The position numbers were made by a program, and so were the translations under genes. Shown piece after piece: positions 37,031 through 50,300 of a stretch of 64,000 nt of DNA. The notes under the pieces are model-generated. The model saw only the letters and a list, made by a program, of their open reading frames with translations, had not been told where the DNA came from and searched no databases. The stretch is from the NCBI GenBank assembly GCA_965153285.1, contig OZ229116.1; one strand, given 5' to 3'. This DNA is from Podarcis tiliguerta. Taxonomy: Eukaryota. How positions within the stretch are numbered: position 1 is the stretch's first letter; the number at the start of each line of letters is the position of its first letter.

Positions 37031-38254
37031 TGTGATGTCTAATTCTCGTAGCCTCAGAATTCCACCAGAGTGCTGGGGCCTCTCCCTGATTGGCTACCAA
37101 GACAGCTAGCGGGAGGGGTGACGGCAATTTGAGGGGGAATTAAAAGGAGTGGTTTCTGAGAGAGGATTCAAAGATTCTTTAAGAGAGTGCAGGAGGGAGT
37201 TGGGAGTTGGTTCTGGTCTGTGTGTTTAACATCCACTTGGAGGGAAATATCTACTGCTAGAGAAATGAGTCTCTGAGCTTAGGTTGGAAAACAGTGTTTA
37301 GTGCAGGGGTCAGCAACCTTTTTCAGCCGTGGGCCGGTCCACCTTCCCTCAGACCACGTGGTGGGCCAGACTATATTTTGGGGGGGGGGGGAAGGAATGA
37401 ACAAATTCCTATGCCCCACAAATAACCCAGAGATGCATTTTAAATAAAAGGACACATTCTACTCATGTAAAAACACCAGGCAGGCCCCACAAATAACCCA
37501 GAGATGCATTTTAAATAAAAGGACACATTCTACTCATGTAAAAACACGCTGATATCCGGGCCTTCCGCGGGCCGGATTGAGAAGGCGATTGGGCCGCATC
37601 CGGCCCCTGGGCCTTAGGTTGCCTACCCCTGGTTTAGTGTCTTGGGAGAGTATTCAGACAGGAGTTAACTGGAGGGCTGAGTTTGAGCCAGGAGAAGTAG
37701 AAGCTGTGAGGAGAATACAGACTACTTGGGTCATACAGGAGGAGAGAGATCTTCTAGACAGAGAAGAATCCCCTGCGTGTGTTATACTGCTAGAAGTATT
37801 CCAACTGTGATTGATAAAAGGTTGGAAGACAGAAAGTACCACCTTGTTTAAGAACCAAAGTATTAAGCTGTAACACCCATGCAACTACTTAGTTAAGAAA
37901 CTGAAGTGAAATAACTTGAAATAAGCTAAGCATTTACCAACTAGTCTAGAAACCTGTAACACCAACCTGAAGAGTAATAACTGAAAATAAGCAACTGAAG
38001 TTTAAAAGAAGCTGTGTGTTTACTACCCTTTGTGAAGCTTGTAACATCCATTTTCATATAATTATTAATAAGTTAACTGTTTTCTGAAAGAACTTTTATT
38101 TCCTGACAAATCATTGGTTTTACCAATGGTTCTGTATAATAAACCTTTCTTATTTGTTCAACTCATGCAAAAACACTAGTTATCCTGTGTTGGTTATAGA
38201 GTATATGGGGTCTATGGAGGGGGGTTTGCATCATTCTGGTGGCAGAGGTGGGAT
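37031..38254 (+). mobile_element. Putative LTR with adjacent tRNA-Leu primer-binding site
   Basis: TG(TG)ATG...CATCA termini (37031/37033 and 38233); ATTGG 37089; TATA-like ATTAAAA ~37139; AATAAA 38138-38143; TGGTGGCAGAGGTGGGAT at 38237-38254. No TSD or internal ORF found. Confidence 0.45.
37304..37631 (-). mobile_element. hAT MITE (same family as 25637, opposite orientation) with internal 64-bp duplication
   Basis: TIRs CAGGGGTCAGCAACCT / AGGTTGCCTACCCCTG; perfect TSD GTTTAGTG at 37296-37303 and 37632-37639; repeat at 37413-37476 and 37484-37547. Confidence 0.92.
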
Positions 38255-38402
38255 CAGCTGCACATATACAGTAATGCAGGTCAGATTGGCTATCAAGATA
38301 TAGCTATCGAGGGGAACAGACTTGTTGGTATGTAAGAAGTGACTTAGGTGAGATTGACTTCAGGTGTAGCTTGCCATCTATATTTTCCATTGTTGTCTTA
38401 CA

Positions 38403-38860
38403 GACTTCTTCTTTGGCAATCACTCGTAGCTGAATAAGATTGTCTTCCATGAACACAGTCTTAACAGTGTGTCTGTAAGTGATCATGGTGAGGGTTTGCC
38501 AAACGTGCCTTCGTATTAGCACGTTTCTCCCTTTCGTTCTGAGTTTGACATCTTCAAAGTCCATGACACCTTTGGTAAAGGCTGTTCTCCATGTTTCACA
38601 AGCATACAGTAAGGTTGGTAGTACAATAGCTTTGTAAACAAGCATTTTGGTTTCCCTGCGAATGTCCTGGTCCTCAAACACTCTACACTTCAACCGAGAG
38701 AAAGCTGCACTCCCAGGGTTCAGGCGATGCTGGATTTCAACATCAATGTCAGCTATTGTGGAAAGATAACTGCTCAGATAGGAGAAGTGACTGACACTTT
38801 TCCAACGTTGCACCATTGAGTTGGATTTGTGGTGCTGCAGAGGGGTTGTTTTGGGCTTGT
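38403..38860 (-). mobile_element. RTE-clade LINE 3' fragment (RTE-1-like rather than Bov-B)
   Basis: FSYLSSYLSTIADIDVEIQHRL...AAFSRLKCRVFEDQDIRRETKMLVYKAIVLPTLLYACETW; (GAA)n-type 3' tail. Confidence 0.8.
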
Positions 38861-38863
38861 TAT

Positions 38864-39340
38864 AGAATCATAGTGACAGAAGGAACCTTGGAGGTCATTA
38901 TTCCAATGCCTGCTCAATGCAGGATTCTTTTTCTAAAGCGACGAAGGATGTACCCGCAGCATTCCTGACAGATGGCTTTTCAGTCTCTACTTCAATATAG
39001 CCAAGGAAGGAAAGCCCACCACTTCCTGACATGGTCTGGTTCATTGTTGATTATTTCTTAGTGTGAGGATGTTTCTCCTAGTGTTAAATTGAAACCTTCT
39101 TTTTTGCAACTTCCACCTACTGGTTCTAGTCCTGTCACTGAAACAGTGAAGAACATGCCTGCTCCATCTTCTGTGAGACAGCCCTTCAGATATTTTAAGA
39201 CCATCATGTTCTTCTCTGGGCTAAACATACCCAGCTCTTTCAACCACATTGGATTGCATTAGCTATTCAAGCAGCCACATAGTTCTGCTGACTCATTCAA
39301 CTTATGGTCAGTTAAAACACTTAGATCCTTTTCATACGCA
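38864..39340 (-). mobile_element. Older, diverged CR1 3' end
   Basis: atagaatcatag tail; LKELGMFSPEK...LKYLKGC fragment. Confidence 0.75.
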
Positions 39341-40753
39341 CAGTGAGGCCACAACTCAAATGTAATCTACTTATGCAATCATGACCTTAGGCACATGACT
39401 GCTAAATAAATTAATAAATGGGGAAAACCCATTTAAGCACTTACTGGGCCCTGGGAAGGTTGTTTCAGGTCTCTGGAAGCATGCCAGGGTCCTTGTGCTA
39501 CCTTCCCAGAGCCCAGTAAGCAAGGCTGAGGGCAAAGTCTGCCCCAGACAGGTAAGGATGGTTGTTCAGGGCAGGGGGTGGTTCCAGAGGTTCGTGGCTT
39601 TACATGATTTTGCCTTTGTGCATGGACCCCTGGAACTGAACCATTGTGTAAGTGGTTGGCCCACTGTATTGCTTCCAAGCCAGGTCTCTCACATCTCACA
39701 CTTGTGCCTCTGATTCAGAATCAAACAGAAGCACAAAGGTCACTTCTGTTATCAACTGACAGGCCTTATGATTAACAGTGGAGGCCCTGTTAGTGGGCTG
39801 CCTTGCGTTCGATGAAAGATACTGTTTTTGGCAACTAACTGTGAGGATATATGCTGGTGATTTAAGTTCTGCCTGCACAGAGACATTGGACTGTATTTGC
39901 CACCTCAGGGGTAATTGCAAAGCTTACAAGTTCAGCACCCAGAACAGCACCTTGGAGAGCTCCTAGTGATGCTGCCCTGTTGGGGTTTCTTCCCTCATCA
40001 CAACATGGACAATTGTTGCCACCACAAGAGCCTGGAACCACCCAAAGTTCCCAATCTTGTTTAAGGAGGAGTGTTATTCCTGGTTAATATTAGTATCCAT
40101 CTAATACTCAACCCTTGTTAAAAATGAGATTATTTTTAAATATTATGCAATCAGTTGTGAAATGCAACAATCCTGCATCTCCCCAAAATATTTGCAGTTA
40201 AGAAAAATCGCCTATAGTTTAGCAATGAAGTATGGCCGTTGCTGAGAATAACAGTTTGAAAGTTTGTTGTTGAATGTTCATACACAAAAACTATTGAGCA
40301 AGCTATGCAGAATGCTCATTGAGAAAAATATTTCAGCAAACACCTGTAAATAAAATGGAAAAAAGATTTGAGGCATGAGGTATCACTAGACATAAGGAAA
40401 TGGTTATGGCAATTTGTTTAACAAGCTATTAGTATAAATTTGAAATGAAACTTTTATTAAAAAAATTAAATGTATAATTGCATCAAAAGGGGAGCAAATA
40501 ATATAATATGGAGTTTTAAGACAATATTGATATGTATCATATTTTGGTCCTCTCCTAAAAGAACCTTTGGGGCAGCTATATTAAAAGAAAGTGAAACTGT
40601 AACTGGAGGTGAAATACTGGCATACCGATTAGTTACATTATTTGGTTATGGTAAAGATTTAGTTGTATTGGATGATAGAGAAATGGTATCTTTTAACAGC
40701 GATCTGCATAATGGTTTGTCATCATTGAAAATAAACGGAGTATGCCATTAGAT

Positions 40754-40890
40754 CAGGCATAGGCAAACTCGGCCCTCCAGATGTTTTGGGACTACAACTC
40801 CCATCATCCCTAGCTAACAGGACCAGTGGGCAGGGATGATGGGAATTGTAGTCCCAAAAACATCTGGAGGGCCGAGGTTCCCTATGCCTG
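40754..40890. mobile_element. Palindromic hAT MITE (same family as 18812)
   Basis: CAGGCATAGG ... CCTATGCCTG hairpin; perfect TSD CATTAGAT at 40746-40753 and 40891-40898. Confidence 0.9.
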
Positions 40891-40954
40891 CATTAGATTA
40901 TTGAACGTTAAGGGTTTGGGAGATAGTTAGGGTGAAGGAAGATAGACACCCCAA

Positions 40955-41092
40955 TGGGAAAGGGCTGTAGCTTAATGGCAGAGTATCTGCCTTGTATGCA
41001 AAAGGTCCCAGGTCCAATTGCCACCATCTCCAGGTAACAATCATGGAGATCTGCTGCCCATCAGTATAGACCATACTGAACTGGAGGGACAT
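40955..41092 (+). mobile_element. tRNA-derived SINE (Squam3-like)
   Basis: Head GGGCTGTAGCTTAATGGCAGAG...AAGGTCCCAGGTCCAATT with degenerate A/B boxes; a similar copy lies on - at ~46810-46975. Confidence 0.6.
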
Positions 41093-41962
41093 CATGTGAG
41101 ACCTATTCCTCTTCAGTCATATTTTTATTGAAAGGTTTGGTGTTTTTATCATGCGCTGGTGTTACCAAGATACAAGAAAATGTTGAACTATACATATTAT
41201 TAGAAACAAAGGTAAATGTAAGAGTATTATGGATTGATTTCATACTAAATACTTGTAAATGTTAAATAAATTAACACATTTAATGAATTAACACATTACA
41301 TAAATAAATGTAAAAATGGGAGGCAGGCGATGTGGGATTCACATGAGAAAAGAAAGGGGCTAGAGGCAAAGTGCTGCAAGGGAAGGGGCTGTATGATCCT
41401 ACAGGCCTTTGTTGCTCACGTAGCCACAGTTAGAAGATGTGCGCCAGCACAAGCCCTGGCATAGGCAACAAGCCTACGAAGGCTAAACTATACTTTTGTT
41501 TGGTGTTTGTTGCATGAAAGGATGCTGGAAACGAAGGTAGAAAGGAAGTGGAAGTCTTGATGCATTAATTCTGTTTTGATGCTGGGATGCATCTTCTTAT
41601 AATGCAGCTTTAGTCTTGAATTTTCAAATATTTTTTTACATGTTCTGTAAAGTGTAAATTGAACCCCTTTATAAATGGATATTCATAAGGTTTGCCTTCC
41701 CCCTAATTCTGCCCTGGTAGTGTTTCAGAGCCAAACCCTTTCTTCCTTTGTCAATGGCATGTTATTTCAAGCACTTTCATAGAGGTGCTCCACAATATTT
41801 TTTAAGACATTGAACAATGGTATAAATCTACCCTCTAGTTAAGTGTCTAGCAATGCAAGAAGTCCCATTTGGAAGCTGTATGGTTATTTCTGTTTACTTA
41901 AGTAATATAATATGTTGGAGCTCTAGACCAGCCCTGCCCCCTGGCAGGTTAATGGAAATATT

Positions 41963-42369
41963 GTGAAGGCAGCAGAGAGCATTGTTGGCTGCCCACTCTC
42001 CACCTTAGAGCGGATTTACGCCACAAGGTGCCATAGGAAGGCACTGGACATAGTAAAAGATCCATCGCATCCTGGTCACTGTCTCTTCGAGCTCTTGCCG
42101 TCGGGACGGAGATACAGGACGATGAAGACAAGAACAAGCCGTCTTAAGAACAGCTTCTTCTCCAGAGCGATCTCGGCCCTGAATGGGAAGCCCGGACTTT
42201 GAAAGTCATCAAATCTCCTTTGCTGTATTTTACTATATTTTTTTAATTGGTGTTTTATGTATTTTACTATATTTTTTTAATTAGTGTTTTTATGGAGCAG
42301 CCAAGTAATTTCGTTGTCCCCGAAGGGGGCAATGACAATAAAGATATTATTATTATTATTATTATTATT
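41963..42369 (+). mobile_element. Rex1/Babar-type LINE 3' end
   Basis: DIVKDPSHPGHCLFELLPSGRRYRTMKTRTSRLKNSFFSRAISALN; AATAAA then (ATT)n tail; TSD AAATATT at 41956-41962 and 42370-42376. Confidence 0.82.
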
Positions 42370-43046
42370 AAATATTAGATGTAAGGCAAATTACGTTCCA
42401 TACCTTCAGAACAGGTATCTCCTGGGAAAAACCTGCCTGCCCCAATGCCTTTTACAAGAAGTTTAACAGGTGAAATCCTCCCCTCATCACTGTGTCTTCA
42501 TGCTGGGGAAAGCTTCAACTGGCAAATTTCTGCATGCCCCACTGCTGTAAAGCAAGATCAGTGGGAAAAGCAGAGGCAGGTATGCACCTGTCTGCTCAAC
42601 TTTTCAGTGTCTGTGTATCTGTAGTAAACTGAGCAATAGTTCTCCTTTCTGGCAGGTCATATCACATTTCTAGGGTGTTGTACGACAAGGTTCCTAGGAC
42701 AATCTTGTCCTAATCAGTTTATTACATAACTAATTGATGCATGACTGCTGATGTGCAGGTAATTTTGGACCCGGAAGAAGGTGGATTGGGGATGGGTGGG
42801 CTTATGCATGTTCCACTGACACGCATGGGGGCAAAGAATGCAGCCCCAGCACAAATAGGGGTGGTGGTGCCTCTAGTTTCAACTGTGTGAATGCGGTGGA
42901 TGTCAGCCCACTGTTCTTGGCAGCTCTTGGTAAAATGGTGTTAAAATAAAAGCATTAAAATATGGAAAGCAGACATCACAATAAGACAACCCGCAGTAAA
43001 AGTAAAGTGTCATAAACCACCAAAATATGCAACAGCACCAGTACTA

Positions 43047-43411
43047 AAAGGTAAAGGTAAAGGAACCCCTGCCCGTACGGGCCAGTCGTGTCCGACTCTA
43101 GGGTTGTGCGCCCATCTCACTCAAGAGGCCGGGGGCCAGCGCTGTCCGGAGACACTTCCGGGTCACGTGGCCAGCGTGACATCGCTGCTCTGGCGAGCCA
43201 GAGTCGCACATGGAAATGCCGTTTACCTTCCCGCTAGTAAGCGGTCCCTATTTATCTACTTGCACCCGGGAGTGCTTTCGAACTGCTAGGTTGGCAGGCG
43301 CTGGGACTGAACAACGGGAGCGCACCCCGCCGCGGGGATTCGAACCGCCGACCTTTCGATCGGCAAGCCCTAGGCGCTGAGGCTTTTACCCACAGCGCCA
43401 CCCGCGTCCCT
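43047..43411 (-). mobile_element. Full-length Sauria SINE
   Basis: On -: GGGACGCGGGTGGCGCTGTGG (A box), GGTTCGAATC (B box), (ACCTTT)n tail; 12-bp TSD GCACCAGTACTA at 43035-43046 and 43412-43423. Confidence 0.95.
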
Positions 43412-44027
43412 GCACCAGTACTAGAGAGCCAGAAATGATTCAATTGAATATTGGGGGGTTGTGGACTTTCTGTCATTGATCCTTTGGTTGAGATTCCTGC
43501 ATTGCAGAAGGTTTGGCTAGATGACCCTTGGGTCCCTTCTAACGATACAATCCTGTGATTTTATGATTCTATGCTATCCCCAAGGTCTATCCCCCAGGAA
43601 AGAAGAAGAGAGGCAAATCTTGGGAGGTTACTATCGCCAGCATCAAGCCTGAAGGGTGTAGACTGTTGGGTACCCATGGTGAGGCTTGCATAATGCCTCT
43701 AATTATGAGGAAAATCTTGGAGGGAAAAATAGGGAGCGGTTGTTTTTCATGGTGTTACAAATGGCAAGGGAGGACTGGATGATCATCAGGGATTATGGAA
43801 AACGTAGTTCAGCAACATCTGGCAGTCTTGCTGTAGAGAATATCCAGAAGCCTTTTCCAGTAGAGGTTCATAAGACAAGCTGACTTTATGCTCTGAATGG
43901 AAGACAAGCCTGTCAATGTAGAATTCAGTGTACTTTTCATTAAGATTTTATTTGGTTATTTGCAGCACCAACTCATGAATGCTGAATATACTGCCATATT
44001 CTTTTCTCTTTCTTTCACACTTTGTAG

Positions 44028-44112
44028 GTTTATCCTTCAGTCCAAAGGAGTAATTCATAGCCAACTCTTAGACAAACAAAAAATAGCGGAAGAGAAAATT
44101 AAGGAATTAGAG
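44028..44112 (+). CDS. PFDN1: Prefoldin subunit 1, exon 3
   Basis: (M)FILQSKGVIHSQLLDKQKIAEEKIKELE; tttgtag| acceptor, GAG|GTAAGT donor, 85 nt. Confidence 0.97.
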
Positions 44113-47063
44113 GTAAGTTTGGGGTTGGTAAAACAGCAGCTATTTATTGCATTTTTTATTTTCTGTTTTATACTGCCTTTTGTCCCAACGCAGACTTAAC
44201 TTACACCTGCTTGCTTTATGCCAATAAGGATTGCTCCCTTATTGTCTCAACGGAAGTGATGCTAGAGGTTAACTGCACAGTGCTGTTTCTTCATCGCTTG
44301 TGAACTGATAATGTGAACCATGTTAATGTGTGTAATAAGTTATTGCTCACAATTGTATTTGAGGAACAAGAGGCTTGTGGTTTTCATTTATTAACCCCCT
44401 AATTGGTCACATGGAGATCACCAGCATCTCACTCTCAGTGGGCAAATTTGTAGTGCCTGCATATCCTCAAGCTGCAGCAGTCTAGGAGCAGGTACTGAAA
44501 TGGGCAGAGATCTCATCCACTGCAGAAAAGAATATGAAAAGGCAGACATGCCAAACACCCTTTTGATAACTTGTTGTAGGATTGTTTCAGCTTCGGAGCT
44601 TTCAGTCATACCCAAATCAGTGAGTTGTTCACCTTAACATTTCCTTGGCAAAAATATTGGCATGGCAAATATATTCTTGGTGTTCAGTATTTAAAAAAAG
44701 GACTTGTAGTGAGAGAGAGCTGCTGGCAATTTCCTAGTCTTTGAACATCTATTTTTAGCTATTTTAATGGAAAGGAGGGAATAGATACGTTCAGGAACAA
44801 CTGTGTTAATGATATGAAGCAAGCTAACATTTTAATAACATTTGGGGCTGAATGTCAGGTCTCATCAAATGAAGATAAAGTCTGCTTGACTCGGCAGCTA
44901 AGGACAGCCTTGGCGGCCAGTGCAGGTCAGATGCCCTAGAGGAAAAATGGCAGACATATTAGAGCTATATTTGCTCCTCTTTCAAAAATGCATTTGGAAA
45001 TAACAGCTGTCATTTCTCCATGATGATGGCCACAGCCTCATTGCTAGAACAGTTGGCATTGGGGTTCAGGGTCAGCATTCTGAACAAAGTTTCCTCTTTT
45101 TTTGGCTGGTTTTATAGTTAGTTTTGTATAATGAGCCTTCAATACATTGTGGCTTCTGCTAAGCTTCTGTTTGTGGTAGGAAATGGTACTTGACTTTTTG
45201 AACTTCCAGAGAGCTTGCTGAGCTAAACGAAATTCTTGGACCTCTTCTTCAGTTGCAGCCTTGATAACCTTGAGGCAGCAGAGCTGGCTTATTCATCTGT
45301 GCTTTGAACCATATGATAGTCTATGAAGTATCTGTGCTGCGACAAGGTTAAATTTTGCCAGAAGCAGAGTGGATTTTAGGAGTGAATAGTTCAGGGAGGT
45401 GGCAGCTAGATTTCGTTCGTACCACTTTTGCTAGTTACCTTCATCGCATACTCTCCAACTCTACCATTATTACAGTTGTCCTATATTTCGGTCTGGGTTG
45501 ATGAAGCCTCATACTAGAGGCACAGTCTTCTGTCTTGATCCTCCTTGGCTGTGTGACAGAACCTCCCACATCATTCATGGGCTGATGAATTTGCAACAGT
45601 TTCAGAACCAGATGTGAAAAGTGTGTCTGCCCTGTTTTCACAGCTAAAGTACTGTGGTGAAGAGACCTAATGTGATAAAATGAGGGGAAAGTAGTGCCTT
45701 TAAGAAGCTGCATGTTTTGAAAATTGCATAATTGAGAAGGGGTTTTGTTTCATCCAGTTTTTTTGATGGTGAGAAGATGACCTCACTCACCTAACACAAG
45801 TGTTGAGAGCAGCCTTCCCCAACCTTGTGCCCTCTGGATATTTTGGACTATAGCTCTCTTCAGCCCAGCAAGGTTGGGGAAGGCTGGTTAAGGGGTGGGA
45901 CTTCACAATTTGCTTTGGAGAGTAAATTGTATATTAATCGAGTGTCCAAAAAACATGTTTTTCTCTTTTTCTGAATAGTGCTCCTCACTGGTTAATATAT
46001 GGGCTATGTTTTTGAGCTAGACCACCAAGCATGTCTTGGAAGAAATATATTGTGCTATACTGTGGCATGCCCTAACAGCTTTTGTATTGCACACATTCAC
46101 TTTTTTGCCCCCTATAACAGCCACCTCTTTTGCTGTTGTAGGGAAACCTGAGCAACTGGGAAGTTCTCCTGCTCACATTTTTGAGATTTGTCAAAGACTT
46201 CCTGCTGCTGCCGTTTGGAGCCGCATCTCCAACTGGCATGGCTGCCTTCTAGTAGCAGGACAGAGGTTTGGAGAGGTGTCTGCATGCAGACTCCAAGACA
46301 GTGTTATCCGACTATGCTTCATACACATCTGGAAGCATGTTGTTGTGATATTTATCCTCCTATTAAAACTTTCTGCAAAGAAACATAGAGGCATTGGTCT
46401 TGTAGTTGTTCACGTAGAAGACAAAGATTATGGCTTAGCACGAACAAACAAGTGTGCTGATGCACAGTAAGAAAACAGTGGCTGCTTTCTCTCTCACAGC
46501 TGAGACTGTGCCACCAGGAATAAAGCGATGGTCTGGTTCAGTGTTATGTCTGAACTCAGACTTGTGGTTTGTCTCACATCAAACAAACAGTGAGCTGCAA
46601 CCAAGGCTTATTCTTGACTTACGACTTGTGATTTGCTTGGGGGAGACAAACCATGAGCTTGAGTTGGGCTGTAATGCTAAACCAAACAAAGGCTTAGCTT
46701 CCATAGCATGGTGGCAGCAGAAGTGTGGAAGAAACAAAGCTGCCACAATTTACCAATTGCACCAGCATGCTTGCATGTCCACACTAAGTCATAGTTGGCT
46801 TGGCACTACAGAATTAATACATCTTGTCCAATATTGTCCACTTCAACTGGCAGCAGCTGTCTGAGATCTTGGGTCAGACATCTTTCAAGGTCCCACTGCC
46901 TGAGGTATTTTGCCACTGAGACGAAGCCTGGAACCTTCACCATATACGAATATGGCTGACCTATGGCCCTTTTCTCAGAACTGATTGCACTTGTGGGAAG
47001 CATTTTTCCTGCTGATGATGTGGGCCTCTCCCACAGCCTTGACAATATTGAATATTCTTGATA

Positions 47064-47314
47064 CCATATTGGCCCGAATATAAGCCGCACCTTTAAAATT
47101 CAAGGGGAGAAAAGAAAAAAAGACAATGCCCGAATATAAGCCGCTCCCTTCACATTCCGCAGGCACTCACACCCGTTCCGTTTTACCGTATGTCTGTTTC
47201 AGCAGCGATATTGTAAAAGCTAGTTTTTGTAAGGTTGTGAATTTAAGCCGCACTTTAACTTTTCATGGTTGGAATTTGGAAAACAAGGCGTGGTTTATAT
47301 TTGGGCCAATACAG
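47064..47314. mobile_element. Tc1/pogo-type MITE
   Basis: TA|CCATATTGGCCCGAATATAAG ... TTTATATTTGGGCCAATACAG|TA. Confidence 0.8.
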
Positions 47315-50300
47315 TAAGTATTCATGAGGGGAGGTGGGGAGAGATCTATTTTGGAAGCATCCTAAAATGATAACAGCCCACTTTTTTTTGCTTAAAAATG
47401 CTATGAGAAACTATTTCAGGAAAGAATAATTTGATTCCATTGTGGTACATGATAGTGCTTAGTGTTTCAGTGTGGCATTTGAGAAAAAGCAAGTTTTCTG
47501 ATGCTGTAAAGACATGGAAAACACCCATTTCTCCTTAGTGGAGGAAGTGATTATGGCTGTGTGTTTTCACTGTTAGTACTTGATAATCCTTCTCTCCCCC
47601 TTACTATTCTCAGCCTGCTTAGTTGTTGGGCGTTGTCAGACGAAGTGGCTAAAAATAACAAATAGGGGGAGGCTGCTATAAGGTGGATTTCTCTACTACT
47701 GCGACTTGCTGTATTTATATTTACCATATGAAGGGGGAGGCGTGCAGTGGGAGAGAGAAGGCCTGTTTGGCATTCTTGATAAATGGGATATACTGTCCCA
47801 GCCTATGGGGGCCATCTCTTGGTAGGTTTTAGAGAGCTTGTGATCTAAAGTGGGTTCTTCCTTAACAAATAAGTGCAGAGTTTCATCTCATTATTCAGTT
47901 GTTAAATTTAGATATACTGCTTAAACTTAATCATTCATTTTAGAAAGGCATCTAGTTTTGGCAAAAGGCTTCAAGTAGCAGGGAACCCTCCACAATTCTG
48001 CTTGATATCTTCATATATTTTTTTACCTTCTCCCTGTTACCGTGATGACTAATATTTTACTGCTTGGCAAGTAGAAGATCCTACTGTCTCTTCAACAACC
48101 CCCTCACCCATTCAAAATGTTTTAAGGAAACTGTTTGATCAGTGAGGGCTATTTTAATCAGTCCACCAGACCTGCTGAAGTTGCAAATTAACAGAAGCTG
48201 TGCAGGACATGGATGAACCTGTGATCCCATGCTGTCCCAGTATTCTGACAGATAATTTTCTCCATAGTGATGGGAAGCAATGAATGCAGGGCTGCTGGAG
48301 CAGGGACAGATTGCTTGGCTCCAGCTGCAAAGGGGAGTAGTGTGGGAGAGTTTTAGCAGAATGCCCAGGTGTGCTGCTTACCTGGCTTCCCAGTGCTGGG
48401 GTCATGGCATGTTACTGACAGGAGGGAAGGTGAGGCGATGGAGAGGTTGGTGCCAACACCTCCCTGCTGCCTCACCTCTTCCTCTTGGAAACTGCCCGTG
48501 ACCGCAGTGGTGGGAAGCCGCCCTGCCCCACCAGCCGCTACTGGAGGAGAGGTTGCAAGGTGAATGGGCATGTGCCATGGGGCAGAGCTTGCCAAGGGCC
48601 ACGGGATTTAGATATATCTTCAAAAGGATAATAGCTCTATGGGCTGAGAGTGGGCTATAAGGAAACTCTCTGCTCTGAATACAAATACATTGCCCAATCA
48701 GGTTTCTCTCACCTGCATATGGTTTTTAAAGCCACCTTTTGTATGTACAGAGGCTACAGTATCATTCTAAAATACTTTCTGAACCTGTTTTTATTTTGGT
48801 CTGTCACTCTTTTCTACTGTAGTTTTCTTGAGTATATGAATACGTTAAATTGAAAATAATGTATACACATTTTAGTGTGTTACTTTCAAAATCGGTGATT
48901 TAAAAGATGGTTCTCAATCACCTTTGTCTCAACATACTGTTTTTGGAAAATAAATTTTATCTTTGTGAGATTTCCATCCTTTTGTAAGTTTCCAGTGGAG
49001 AAGGCTTTAAAAACAAGCCAACTCCCATACAGCCAAGTAAAACTGACTCTTCCCAAAGTCCTGCCATAGCAAAACACCCCTCTCCCCCTGTTTCTTTCCA
49101 CCAGTATTTTAATCTGGGTTGTCTAATGTTGACACAGCTGCACAATCATGATAACATTCCTAATGAGTGATGGGAGTTTTCTGATTTCTTGATTTTCTGC
49201 CTTCTGCTTTTCCAACTTTGTTTTGTTCTGAGCACTTTAGAAGTGATGTCCCTCAGGTCAGTGTCAGTGGCAAAGTGCCTCTTCTTTATATATGCTGTTT
49301 AGGCCAAGGCCACATCAAGGATTTTTGCTCTTTAAATAAATCAGTATTTTGGCACTTTTGCACCCTCCTTCCCCTGCCCCACCAAATCTGCATTGCTGCT
49401 TCTTGGTTTTCAAAATTCAAACATTTTGAACAGAATGTTTCTGGGTTGTCCTAAGTGCCTTCCACTGAAAATGCATGTTTGAAATGCAGAACTACTCCTA
49501 AGTATCTGTGTCCTTGTTGATGATTAGGCTGTCTTGAGCATAGGTCTTGGAATTTGTGCTGAAATCATTTTGCACCTAAACCTGTTCTCTGTGTATTGGA
49601 TCAGGATTGCCAGTAAATAGAGGATTTATTATCCACTTTTTACCCACCTTGTATAGTGGGTTTTAGAGATGGTGTCTTATGCGTTGTGCTGCCTGACTTC
49701 AGAGCAGTGAGATAGTAACTCATCTGATATCTCCACTTGGGACAGTTACATCTGTGATTTTTCTACAGAGCCTCACTTGCTAGTCATATATCTCACCCTC
49801 AAGGTCTTTTAACATTGCTCTAGGCCATACTTTGACAGTCATTGCACGAGTATCTCTACTCACAGAATTAATTTCATTTGCATTTATCTCAAGTATGATG
49901 ACCCACCCTACACATTCCTTGCTGTTCCTTCCTCACTTTGGTTTGCTATGCAAAACCAGAATAATAGATTTTTTTGCCTCTTCCGGGAGGAGCAGGACAT
50001 GTTTAAACAGACTAGTGTGTGGCATTGCTTAGAACAGAGCTGACAAAGCTTTGACTCATCCTAGCTAAACACACCTTAGTGTTCAGGTATGTGGCTGTGA
50101 TGTCACAACTTCCTGCCTGGCCCACACCCCTCCTTTTTACACACCTTTCACTTTGCTTGCAGCTAAATGTTAATAGATGGGACGAGCCCTTCCTTGTCTA
50201 TTGTACGTAACTGTCGGGCACATAAAAGTGTTTGCCAGGAAGGTTGGGCTCTTTATTGACCCATAGTTGACACCTTGCTTTCAGATATGTGAAAAATGTA

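Noticed and set aside
43320-43411. tRNA-like A and B boxes
   Set aside because: This is the head of a Sauria SINE with tail and TSD, not a tRNA gene
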